Shown: positions 17,785 to 26,915 of the stretch, one piece after another
How the letters are laid out: each line of letters starts with the position of its first letter
How positions within the stretch are numbered: position 1 is the stretch's first letter
Sequence record: SRR22947725_3569
Length of the DNA stretch: 39,173 bases
Reading direction: 5' to 3' (one strand)
Position numbers and translations under genes: made by a program
Notes under the pieces: model-generated
Databases searched by the model: none
What the model saw: only the letters and a program-made list of their open reading frames with translations
What the model was told of the DNA's origin: nothing

Positions 17785-19029
17785 TTATTGATTTTGAACC
17801 CACTCTTTAAGAACCAAAACACCTTTAACAATTTGTGGACAAATTATATCTAATAAATTATTCGAAGAAAAATCATCGTCTTTAATAATTTTGAGTGCTG
17901 CTAAGCCATCAAAATCAACAAAGGCAATGCGTGTTAAAAATTTGTCAGCTTTCAAGCCAAAATCTGAACCAGGTAGCATTGCAAAGCCAACCTCATTGAG
18001 TATTTTTTGACACAAAATTTTGTCATCATTAATTTTAGAAGCAATATTTGAAATATTCGAAAAATCGCAGATCATGTAAAAACCACCTTGAGGTTTTTGA
18101 CATTTTATTCCAACAGAAGATAACTCTTTATGAATATATTCTGCAATCGTTTTTAGGATTAATCTAGAGTGCTCTAGAAACTCTGAATGATCCTCTGAGT
18201 AGGCTTTAATTGCGGCATACTGAATAGGCGCACTAACTGAGGTAAAAGTTTCACTCGCAATAGTTCTTATGCTGTCTTTGATATAGCTTAACTCTTTTGG
18301 AAAAGTTAGCGTTCCTAGTCTCCAGCCTCCTGCACCACACCACTTGCTTAGCCCACTACTAATAATTGTATTCTCAGGATAGAAATGAGTGAGTGATTTA
18401 TACTCCCCAGTAAAATCTAGTTCGGCATATATTTCATCCGCAATAATGATGATGTTATGTTTCCTTGCAATCCTTGCAAAATCTTCAAGATTTCCATGTA
18501 TTGTCCCAGAAGGGTTATTTGGAGAATTTAAAATTAAAAGTTTATTAACTGACTTGAGATTCTCGCATACCTTGTCAAGATCCTCAGGATTAAGATGCCA
18601 ATTGCTCTCTGCTGTTGCATTAATCCAATGAATTTTTTTGTTGATTATTTGTGCTTGAGGCTCATACGAAACCCAACTTGGACTTGGAAGTAACAAATCA
18701 CAATCTAAAGCCATTTGAATTTGAAAAATTAATTCTTTTGATCCAGGCCCAATAATGACATTTTCAGAATCATAATTGTATTGATTTTTGTTTGAATGAT
18801 ATCTAGCAACTTCTTCTCTAAGGCCTAATAAGCCAGACACGTTAAGATAATCTTTTTGGTGAGAATTTTTTTTTAACTCATCAACAATTACTTTGGGCAC
18901 AGGGAATGGTGATTGACCAAGCCCAAACTTAAAAACCTCTTTGCCCTCTTCAATAAGCTCTTTAGATAACTCATTGATAGCCAAAGTGGCTGAAATTTTT
19001 AAACTTTCAATATTATTATGTATTTTCAT
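17785..19029 (-). CDS. PLP-dependent aminotransferase class I/II (aspartate aminotransferase-like)
   Basis: SATLAINE, GLGQSPF, GSKE, NSPNNPSG, DEIY, SGLSKW.GAGGWRLG (PLP Lys), GGFY. Confidence 0.88.
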   Translation of the reverse strand: MKIHNNIESLKISATLAINELSKELIEEGKEVFKFGLGQSPFPVPKVIVDELKKNSHQKDYLNVSGLLGLREEVARYHSNKNQYNYDSENVIIGPGSKELIFQIQMALDCDLLLPSPSWVSYEPQAQIINKKIHWINATAESNWHLNPEDLDKVCENLKSVNKLLILNSPNNPSGTIHGNLEDFARIARKHNIIIIADEIYAELDFTGEYKSLTHFYPENTIISSGLSKWCGAGGWRLGTLTFPKELSYIKDSIRTIASETFTSVSAPIQYAAIKAYSEDHSEFLEHSRLILKTIAEYIHKELSSVGIKCQKPQGGFYMICDFSNISNIASKINDDKILCQKILNEVGFAMLPGSDFGLKADKFLTRIAFVDFDGLAALKIIKDDDFSSNNLLDIICPQIVKGVLVLKEWVQNQ

Positions 19030-19045
19030 ATTAATCTATCACACG

Positions 19046-21595
19046 TTAGTTAACAATTTTTCGCCTTCTTCTTAATTGCACAATTCCGACAAATCCTATC
19101 AATAATACTGCTGGAATATATACAATCTGTTTTGGCGAAGTCTCCCTCTCTTGAAGAACAGATGTGATGACCCATCCACTATCAACACCAGCAACTTTTA
19201 TTGACTCAACCTGTTTATTAATTGCTCGATTTCCTGAAATTCCTGGAAGAACCATTGCAACCTCCATGTCTCCAAACAAATCATCTATTTGCAGCCCTGT
19301 ATTATTTATTCTTTCTCTACCTGATTCACCTTCAGCTAAAGGCAATAAAAATGTATAACTTCTCTCGACTCCTTCAAGTGTCTCACCCTCAACTACAAAA
19401 CGTATAGGCTCCCCCTCCGTCATATTATCAGCCACTGTAAATAAGTCCTTGCCTGGCATATTCTCAAAAGGAGGGTCTACCTTATCCCAAAAATAACCTG
19501 GCCTAAAGAACATAAATGCCACAATTAACATTAAAACGGTTTCCCATAATCGATTTTTAACAATCCAGTAACCCTGGGTTGCTGCAGCAAAAAGCAAGAT
19601 TGCAATAACAGATGAGACAACAACTGATATAAAGCTAATTGCGCTGTCTATTCCAATCATAAGTAGCTGAGTATTAAATATAAAAATGAAAGGAAGGACA
19701 GCTGTTCTCATATCATAAATAAAGCCCTGAATACCAGTTCTTATTGGATCTCCTTTAGAAATTGCTGCTGCTGCATAGGCGGCTAACCCTACTGGGGGAG
19801 TATCATCTGCAAGAATGCCAAAATAAAATACAAACATATGAGCCGCGATAAGAGGAATAGCAACATTATTAGCTGCCCCTAAACTCATAATAACGGGAGC
19901 CATTAAACTTGAGACTACTATGTAATTAGCCGTTGTCGGTAAACCCATTCCTAAAATAAGGCTTATCATAGCTGTAAAAAGAAGTATTAAAAATAAGTTG
20001 CCTGCAGCAATGAATTCAACCCAGCCTATAATCAACTGACCAACACCAGTCAATGTAACCGTACCAACAATAATGCCTGCAGCAGTAGTCGCAACACCAA
20101 CACCAATCATGTTTCTAGCGCCATTTACAAAACCTAATTTTAAGTCTGTTAAGCTAGTGAATAGGTGTTGAGTGATATCAGATTCTCCTCTAAAAATTCC
20201 TAAAAAAAACTTTTGAGTAAGTACTATAAACATCATAAACATGGTCGCCCAGTAGACTGAAGTTTCAGGCGAAAATCGTTCGACAGTTAATAACCAGATT
20301 AATAAAATAACTGGCAACAAAAAATGTAGCCCTGCTTTGACGGTCTTACCAACTTCAGGAATTTCAATAATATCTCCAGAGGGTAAATTTGGCATTTTTG
20401 AAACTGAATATAAGAGTGCAAGATAACTAGTTATCATAATTAATGCAATAATTAATGTGCTTGCTTCCCCACCTATTACTTTGATGAATTCAAAGAAGGG
20501 AGGAAGCACCCATACAAGCACACCTAAAACAATTAGAACACTGCATATACCAATTAATCTATCAACTTTATTGAGTTTATTCGTTCTAGTAAGACCCTCC
20601 ATTCCAGACTTTAGCGCTTCCAGATGAACTATATATATAAGTGCAATATATGAAATGACTGCTGGCAAGAAAGCATGCTTAATGACCTCAATGTAAGAAA
20701 CTCCCACATACTCAACCATTAGAAATGCAGCAGTTCCCATAATTGGAGGAGTTAGTTGACCATTCGTTGAAGATGCAACTTCAATTGCCCCAGCTTTTTC
20801 AGAGGGAAAACCAACCCTTTTCATTAATGGAATTGTAAAAGTCCCAGTAGTTACAACATTAGCAATAGAGGATCCAGAAATCATGCCCGTCATTGCTGAC
20901 GAAACCACCGCAGCCTTTGCAGGACCTCCTCGATAATGCCCAGTTAGGGCATATGCCACCCTTATGAAGTAATTACCAGCACCTGCCCTTTCCAATAATG
21001 CACCAAAAAGAACAAACAAGAAAACCATACTTGCTGAGACTCCAACCGCTATGCCAAATGCTCCTTCTGTCGTAATCCACATATGGGAAACAATTTTATT
21101 TAGAGAAGCTCCCCCATAACCACCTGCTCCAATAAACGCATAAGTCAATGCGATTATTGCTACAATCATTAGTGGAGGCCCTAGGGATCTTCTTGTAGCC
21201 TCTAAAAGAAGCAGAAGTCCTATAATACTCAAAAATAAGTCAGATGAGTTTGGAACTCCTAGACGCATCTCAAAAGCCCTGGAATCCCATACCTGATTAT
21301 AAATCAAATAAAAACAAGACAACGCTATGAGAAGTCCCATTAACCAGTCGGACCATGGAATTCTTGCTCTTGACGATCCTTTAAATGCAGGATAACTTAC
21401 AAATGCCAAAAAGCCTGCAAATGATACATGGACCCTTTTAACAACATCGGCATTCATCCAAGGGGTAAATTCCAAAACTAGAGGCGAAGAAACGTATAGC
21501 TGGAATATTGACCATGCCATAGCAACGTAGATTAATACGTCTCTAATTAATTTATTTTCTGGACTTCTAATTCCAGTTTCTAGGCTAACTTCCAT
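19046..21595 (-). CDS. TRAP transporter fused 4TM/12TM permease (TAXI type) with DUF3394-like C-terminus
   Basis: GGPAKAAV.SS, SGSSIANVVTTGTFTIPLMK, GQLTPPIMG, LGMGLPTTANY, ADDTPPVGLA. Confidence 0.92.
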   Translation of the reverse strand: MEVSLETGIRSPENKLIRDVLIYVAMAWSIFQLYVSSPLVLEFTPWMNADVVKRVHVSFAGFLAFVSYPAFKGSSRARIPWSDWLMGLLIALSCFYLIYNQVWDSRAFEMRLGVPNSSDLFLSIIGLLLLLEATRRSLGPPLMIVAIIALTYAFIGAGGYGGASLNKIVSHMWITTEGAFGIAVGVSASMVFLFVLFGALLERAGAGNYFIRVAYALTGHYRGGPAKAAVVSSAMTGMISGSSIANVVTTGTFTIPLMKRVGFPSEKAGAIEVASSTNGQLTPPIMGTAAFLMVEYVGVSYIEVIKHAFLPAVISYIALIYIVHLEALKSGMEGLTRTNKLNKVDRLIGICSVLIVLGVLVWVLPPFFEFIKVIGGEASTLIIALIMITSYLALLYSVSKMPNLPSGDIIEIPEVGKTVKAGLHFLLPVILLIWLLTVERFSPETSVYWATMFMMFIVLTQKFFLGIFRGESDITQHLFTSLTDLKLGFVNGARNMIGVGVATTAAGIIVGTVTLTGVGQLIIGWVEFIAAGNLFLILLFTAMISLILGMGLPTTANYIVVSSLMAPVIMSLGAANNVAIPLIAAHMFVFYFGILADDTPPVGLAAYAAAAISKGDPIRTGIQGFIYDMRTAVLPFIFIFNTQLLMIGIDSAISFISVVVSSVIAILLFAAATQGYWIVKNRLWETVLMLIVAFMFFRPGYFWDKVDPPFENMPGKDLFTVADNMTEGEPIRFVVEGETLEGVERSYTFLLPLAEGESGRERINNTGLQIDDLFGDMEVAMVLPGISGNRAINKQVESIKVAGVDSGWVITSVLQERETSPKQIVYIPAVLLIGFVGIVQLRRRRKIVN

Positions 21596-21609
21596 AAGTA
21601 ATATTCTAT

Positions 21610-21640
21610 AAAAAAAAAGGATGGCTTTGCCATCCTTTTT
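21610..21640 (-). terminator. Intrinsic terminator-like hairpin after the TAXI binding protein gene
   Basis: Minus strand AAAAA-GGATGGC-aaa-GCCATCC-TTTTTTTTT, 15 nt after the stop at 21656. Confidence 0.85.
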
Positions 21641-21655
21641 ATTATTACTTTTATC

Positions 21656-22639
21656 TTACCAGTTCATCAATCCGGCTTCTTTATAATATCTAGCTGCTCC
21701 ATCATGGAGTGGCGCAGATAAACCATCAGAAATCATTTCTGCTTTCTTTAAATTAGCAAATGCAGGGTGAAGCTTTTTGAAAGCATCAAAATTTTCAAAA
21801 ACACCTTTAACAATACTATGAATCACATGCTCAGATACAGCAGCTGAAGATACAACTGTAGCACCTACACCAAATGTTACTGTGTCGTCAGGATTTCCAT
21901 TGTACATTCCACCTGGAATAGTAGCAGTTCGATAGAAATCATTATTAGCAACTAGTCCATCTACTGCAGATCCAGTGACATTTACTAAGACACTATCACA
22001 TGATGTTGTAGCCTCTTTAATTGAACCTGATGGGTGGCCAACAGTAAAGACCATTGCATCAATTTTATTATCGCAAAGTGCTTTTGATTGCTCTGAAGAC
22101 TTCAGTTCAGAAGCAAGAGCAAATGTTGATTTATCCCAACCAAGAGCTTCCATAAGTACTTCCATAGTTCCTCTTTGTCCAGATCCTGGATTACCAATGT
22201 TTACTCGCTTACCCTTTAAATCCATAAGGTCACGGATTCCTGAATCAGCCCTAGCTACTACAGTAAAAGGTTCAGGATGAACAGAAAATACAGCCCTTAA
22301 GTCTGTAAATGCTCCGGCATCAGCAAACTTACTGGTTCCGTTATAGGCATGGTACTGCCAATCTGACTGTGCAACACCTAAATCTAACTCTCCAGCACGA
22401 ATTGTATTGATGTTGTATACCGAGCCACCAGTTGATTCAACCGTACAACGAACACCATGACTTGCTCTATCTTTGTTGACTAGGCGACAAATAGATCCGC
22501 CAGTTGGGTAGTAAACACCTGTTACTCCTCCAGTTCCAATAGTAACATATTGATCTGCAGCAATTACCGGTGCTGAAACCGTCATACTGCTAAATACAGC
22601 TGCGGCAATTGCACCACTCAAAAAATTAATTTTTTTCAT
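21656..22639 (-). CDS. TAXI-family TRAP solute-binding protein (glutamate-binding-protein-like)
   Basis: Signal peptide, [51 protein letters not shown]. Confidence 0.92.
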   Translation of the reverse strand: MKKINFLSGAIAAAVFSSMTVSAPVIAADQYVTIGTGGVTGVYYPTGGSICRLVNKDRASHGVRCTVESTGGSVYNINTIRAGELDLGVAQSDWQYHAYNGTSKFADAGAFTDLRAVFSVHPEPFTVVARADSGIRDLMDLKGKRVNIGNPGSGQRGTMEVLMEALGWDKSTFALASELKSSEQSKALCDNKIDAMVFTVGHPSGSIKEATTSCDSVLVNVTGSAVDGLVANNDFYRTATIPGGMYNGNPDDTVTFGVGATVVSSAAVSEHVIHSIVKGVFENFDAFKKLHPAFANLKKAEMISDGLSAPLHDGAARYYKEAGLMNW

Positions 22640-22699
22640 TTTATCTCCTTTGTTTTATTAGACAAAAATTTAAGTCCAAAATAGTTATACCATATTTAG

Positions 22700-22742
22700 T
22701 ACAAATGTTTTAATATTATTTTTTATATAATACAAGTGTTTT
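22700..22742. promoter_or_regulatory. Two candidate operator boxes (TACAArTGTTTT) between TAXI gene and RpiR regulator
   Basis: TACAAATGTTTT (22700-22711) and TACAAGTGTTTT (22731-22742), each with an ACA-N2-TGT dyad, starts 31 bp apart. Confidence 0.5.
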
Positions 22743-22790
22743 TATCTTGTTCAAGTTTACAAAGTCATATTTATAGTAGAATATTCTTGT

Positions 22791-23672
22791 ATGAATTCAA
22801 ATAACTTTTCTACCGCTGAAATCAATCAAAAACTGTCTAATGGATACGTTGGTTTTTCAAAAGAGGTAAAAAAAGCAGCTAAATATGTAATGGATAATCC
22901 TGCAGAGATTCCTTTGCATTCAATACGAACTGTTGCTTCAAACGCAGGAGTTAACCCCTCAACAATGGTACGTCTTATAACCATACTAGGGTTCAAACGT
23001 TATGATGAATTCAAGGCGATATACAAAAAAGCCGCATCCCAAATGCCAGTCTCCAACTTTACATCTCACGCCAAAGATCTACTGAATGAAAATCATAATA
23101 ATCCATTTACTGACGCAGAAGCAAATGTATATAAGTCTCTTTCTGGTGCCTTCAATGAAAAAACTTACAAAGCCATTGATTCATCTGTTGAAAAATTAAT
23201 GGAAGCAGAAACTGTATATATTCTAGGAATGAGAAGCAGCTTCTCAATGGCATTTTATTTGCACTATCTTTTGCATTTTATTCTTCCAAAAACAAAATTG
23301 ATTCGTGGTCAAGAAGGAATGCTTCTTAGTGAAATTTCTCAAATAAATTCAAATGATGTTGTGATTGTATTTGGAGCATCACCTTTGTCACTTGAAACAA
23401 CTAAAGCACTCGACAAAATCAAGAAAAGAGAGGCCTTCATCATTGTAGCAACCGATATGTATACCTCTCAAGCAGCATCAAATGCAGATATCATTGTTGC
23501 ACTTGGTAATGAAACTCTTAATTTCCTTCCTAGTATTTTGCCTTATGCTGCATTTTCAGAGATCCTCGTATCCCAAATAGTAACCAAAGGTGGTAAAAAC
23601 ATGCTGGTTCGAATCAAAAAATTTGAAGACGAGCTTTCTGAAATGGGTGCATATATAAGGCCAAATCAATAG
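22791..23672 (+). CDS. MurR/RpiR family transcriptional regulator
   Basis: N-terminal HTH (SIRTVASNAGVNPSTMVRL..LGF..Y.EFK), C-terminal SIS domain (YILGMRSS, DVVIVF, ATD...S.AA); divergent from TAXI operon. Confidence 0.88.
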   Translation: MNSNNFSTAEINQKLSNGYVGFSKEVKKAAKYVMDNPAEIPLHSIRTVASNAGVNPSTMVRLITILGFKRYDEFKAIYKKAASQMPVSNFTSHAKDLLNENHNNPFTDAEANVYKSLSGAFNEKTYKAIDSSVEKLMEAETVYILGMRSSFSMAFYLHYLLHFILPKTKLIRGQEGMLLSEISQINSNDVVIVFGASPLSLETTKALDKIKKREAFIIVATDMYTSQAASNADIIVALGNETLNFLPSILPYAAFSEILVSQIVTKGGKNMLVRIKKFEDELSEMGAYIRPNQ

Positions 23673-23681
23673 CTAGGTCTA

Positions 23682-25328
23682 TTAATTTTCTTTCAGCTCT
23701 CTTCTTAGAACTTTACCAACATTTGTTTTTGGGATCTCTTTAATGAATTCAATATGCTTTGGAACCTTGTAAGCAGTTAACTTTTCCCTACAAAAACTGA
23801 TAATTTCATCCTCAGTTGCAGTTTGTTCATCATGAAGAACAATAAAAACTTTCACGAGTTCTTGAGAATTCTCGCCTTCTACTCCAACACAGCCGCATTC
23901 AAGAACAGCAGGGTGTTCATTAACCACTGCCTCAACTTCATTTGGAAAGACGTTAAAGCCTGAGACAATAATCATGTCTTTCTTTCTATCGACAATAAAA
24001 ATATTGCCAGTTTCATCAATTCGAGCAATATCACCGGTCATAAACCAGCTATTCTCGTCAAGACCTGAGACTTCGGACTTCCAATATCCGCTCATAACCT
24101 GTGGGCCTCTGACGCAGAGCTCTCCAACAGCATTCGTTTCTGAAAGAGCATTACCACTCTCATCCCTAATCTCAATTTCAGTATAGGCAGCAGGCAAACC
24201 CACAGAGCCTGTAAATTCAGTCTGCTTGTAGTCATTAACACTTACTAAAGGAGAGGTTTCAGTTAAACCATACGCCTGCCAGATTACAGATTTTGTGACC
24301 TCAGCCCATCTCTTTGCGGTTGTGTCTAATGCAGCCATACCGCCACTCAAAGACATTAGCAAATTACTAAAATCTAGCTCCTTAAAGGCATCGTAATTTA
24401 ATAGCGCCTCATAAAGCGTATTCACACCTGAAATCATGTGAAATTTATGTTTTTTCATTATTGAGACGAAAGTTTTTAGATCCCTAGGATTAGTAATCAG
24501 GACACTTCTTCCACCAATATGGAACAACATGAAGTTATGCACAGTTAATGCAAAAATATGATACAAAGGTAGTGGGCAAATAGCGATTCTTTGCTCGTTT
24601 CTTGAATCATCATACATTTTAGGATCAATTGTAAAAAAGGCTTGGATAATATTTGCAAGAATATTTCTGTGCGTCAGAACAGCGCCTTTCGAAACACCTG
24701 TTGTTCCTCCAGTATATTGAAGAAAAGCTGTACTTTCAATTGAAATATCTAATGATCCAGGACTAGAGCCTTCATTACTATTCAAAACATCAAGAAACAT
24801 TGTTGCTCCATCAATGTGATATTTGGGGACTAACTTTTTTACTTTTCTAGTGACTAAATTAATAATCTTGCCCTTGAAACCAAGAAGATCTCCAACAGTT
24901 GTTACCAATACTTTTTCTACATTAGCAAGATCTGATTTTGCTGCTACGTTGGCAACGCCCTCCCATACCAACAATAATTTAGCCTCACTATCTCTTAGTA
25001 CGTGTTCAAGTTCCCTTTGGGTATAAAGAGGATTAATATTTACAACAACAATACCTGCCTTTAAGGCAGCATAAACTATAAGAGGATAAACCAGCATATT
25101 AGGCATCATGACTGCAACTCTATCACCCACTTGAAAGTTACCACTAAGCCATGAGGCAAAAGCGTCAACCTTTTCTGACAGGTCTTCATAGGTCAATTCA
25201 ACACCGAAACTCTCAAAAGCTGTTTTACCTTTGTGCTCTCTACAACAGCTATCAAAGAACTCTACTAAATTTCCATGCTCTTTAAAAAACTCTGTTTCTT
25301 CAAGTTTATTTGGTATCTTTGTCTCCAT
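23682..25328 (-). CDS. fadD: Long-chain-fatty-acid--CoA ligase
   Basis: NPLYT.REL, LQYTGGTTGVSKGA, PLPLYHIFAL, YGLTETSP, TGDIA, VDRKKDMI.VSGFNVFPNEVE, PKTNVGKVLRR. Confidence 0.9.
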   Translation of the reverse strand: METKIPNKLEETEFFKEHGNLVEFFDSCCREHKGKTAFESFGVELTYEDLSEKVDAFASWLSGNFQVGDRVAVMMPNMLVYPLIVYAALKAGIVVVNINPLYTQRELEHVLRDSEAKLLLVWEGVANVAAKSDLANVEKVLVTTVGDLLGFKGKIINLVTRKVKKLVPKYHIDGATMFLDVLNSNEGSSPGSLDISIESTAFLQYTGGTTGVSKGAVLTHRNILANIIQAFFTIDPKMYDDSRNEQRIAICPLPLYHIFALTVHNFMLFHIGGRSVLITNPRDLKTFVSIMKKHKFHMISGVNTLYEALLNYDAFKELDFSNLLMSLSGGMAALDTTAKRWAEVTKSVIWQAYGLTETSPLVSVNDYKQTEFTGSVGLPAAYTEIEIRDESGNALSETNAVGELCVRGPQVMSGYWKSEVSGLDENSWFMTGDIARIDETGNIFIVDRKKDMIIVSGFNVFPNEVEAVVNEHPAVLECGCVGVEGENSQELVKVFIVLHDEQTATEDEIISFCREKLTAYKVPKHIEFIKEIPKTNVGKVLRRELKEN

Positions 25329-25347
25329 TTTTTCTCCTTAATCAGTA

Positions 25348-25917
25348 TTAACTGTTTTCAAGTTTGCCTATTAATATTTCCTTGTATTGATTATAAACCT
25401 CTCCATCCTTTTTGAATGCAAAACATGAGTTTGCAAACTTCTTTTCAATTGATTTAGCTTCTTCTTCAGTAATAGTCTTTGCTTCACCGCCAGTTTTTTC
25501 TTTCCAAAGCGTTTGGTAAGCAATTGTTCCTGCATAAGCTAAAAGATCGGTAATGTGCCTACAGCCCTTCTCTCCACCCATTGTTTTTATAACTTTTCGA
25601 TTGAATCCAGCAATTAAGTACTCCCCTTTCAATTTTTGACAGTTTTCAACCGCTTGTGGACAAATATTATAAGGAGAGGCATTAATTACTGCCTCAATAT
25701 CAATAATTTTTCTTTCATCATCGAGAGTCAATCTAACCGCCATATCATGAAGAGGCTCTCCTGAACTGATATAGCCTCGATGCATATTGTTAAAGGAGTA
25801 GGTTTTACTGTCAATCAGAAAGACCTCTATATCCCACAGACCATCCTCTCTTTTATAGCCTTTGCCTTTAATTGTTCTATTATGTTTTAGATCTCTCTTG
25901 GCCGGCTTAGATAGCAT
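25348..25917 (-). CDS. DUF2889-like protein, Cys/His-containing, function unknown
   Basis: H.R.I...GY.REDGLWDIE..L.D.K, PLHDM..RLT.D, PY..CP, GG.KGC.H..DL, NSC.AF pattern of DUF2889. Confidence 0.75.
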   Translation of the reverse strand: MLSKPAKRDLKHNRTIKGKGYKREDGLWDIEVFLIDSKTYSFNNMHRGYISSGEPLHDMAVRLTLDDERKIIDIEAVINASPYNICPQAVENCQKLKGEYLIAGFNRKVIKTMGGEKGCRHITDLLAYAGTIAYQTLWKEKTGGEAKTITEEEAKSIEKKFANSCFAFKKDGEVYNQYKEILIGKLENS

Positions 25918-25927
25918 CTATTTATCC

Positions 25928-26908
25928 CTATATGATTCGACTTTTTGATTTAGTATACTGCTGTTCTAATTCTATCACTAAATCCTCAACACTTGGTACA
26001 TTGGAAATAGAGCCGACACCTTGACCAGCTGAAAAAATGTCCTTCCATCTCTTAGCAGTGGCTTTGCTGACATCAAAGTCCACCTTTAGTTTCTGCTTTA
26101 TAAGAGGCATAAGCATTTTCTTAAAATCAGCAATTGTTGATTTAATTCCGCCAGCATTTGGAGAGATTCCAGCATTTTGAAGGGATTGCTCAAGCCAGTT
26201 TCCGTTAACGCCTGTAATTTTGTTAGACTTGATAATATCACTCGCTGAAGCATTTAAAATCATTTGCTTGTAGTCTTCTGTCGCATCACTCTCTTCGGTA
26301 GCAATAAAGCGCGTTCCCATGTAAGCTAAATCTGCACCTAATGCCTGAATCGCTAGAATTGAATCGCCAGAGCTTATACTTCCACCAACTATAATGGTTC
26401 CATCAAATATATTTCTTACCTCGGATACAAAAGCAAATGGAGACAAGTCTCCGGTATGACCACCAGCGCCATTACAAACTAAAATTAGTCCATCTACACC
26501 AGCACTGATTGCTTTTTTTGAGTGATACAAATTGATCACATCGGAATAGACTAAACCGCCATAATCATGCACCTTTTGAACGACCTCTTTGGGATTACCA
26601 AGAGAGGTAATAACGATTGGGGGTTTATGCTTAAGAATTAAATCTATATCATCATTACTCCTGGCATACATTTTACTGACAATGATATTTACTGCCCATG
26701 GTAATGCATCCTTGTCAGAGCCTAAAGCTTGATTTATATTAGTAAATTCTTGATCTAAAGCCTTTAAAGTTCGGCAATTTGCGGTCGGAAAAGAGCCAAC
26801 AATGCCTGCCTTTGATGAGGCGATTACAAGCCTTGCGTTTGAGACAATAAACATGGGTGACTGAATAATTGGCAGTCTAAGTCGGTCAATGTAGTTTTGA
26901 TTTGTCAT
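25928..26908 (-). CDS. Nitronate monooxygenase / FabK-like FMN TIM-barrel flavoprotein (COG2070)
   Basis: LPIIQSPMF.VS, AVNII, ITSLG.P, GAGGHTG, GADLAYMGTRFIAT.ES, WKDIFSAGQG. Confidence 0.85.
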   Translation of the reverse strand: MTNQNYIDRLRLPIIQSPMFIVSNARLVIASSKAGIVGSFPTANCRTLKALDQEFTNINQALGSDKDALPWAVNIIVSKMYARSNDDIDLILKHKPPIVITSLGNPKEVVQKVHDYGGLVYSDVINLYHSKKAISAGVDGLILVCNGAGGHTGDLSPFAFVSEVRNIFDGTIIVGGSISSGDSILAIQALGADLAYMGTRFIATEESDATEDYKQMILNASASDIIKSNKITGVNGNWLEQSLQNAGISPNAGGIKSTIADFKKMLMPLIKQKLKVDFDVSKATAKRWKDIFSAGQGVGSISNVPSVEDLVIELEQQYTKSKSRII

Positions 26909-26915
26909 AAACTAT

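Noticed and set aside
25928-26908. Literal nitroalkane detoxification function
   Set aside because: Family label is widely over-propagated; operon context points to acyl-CoA metabolism, though untested
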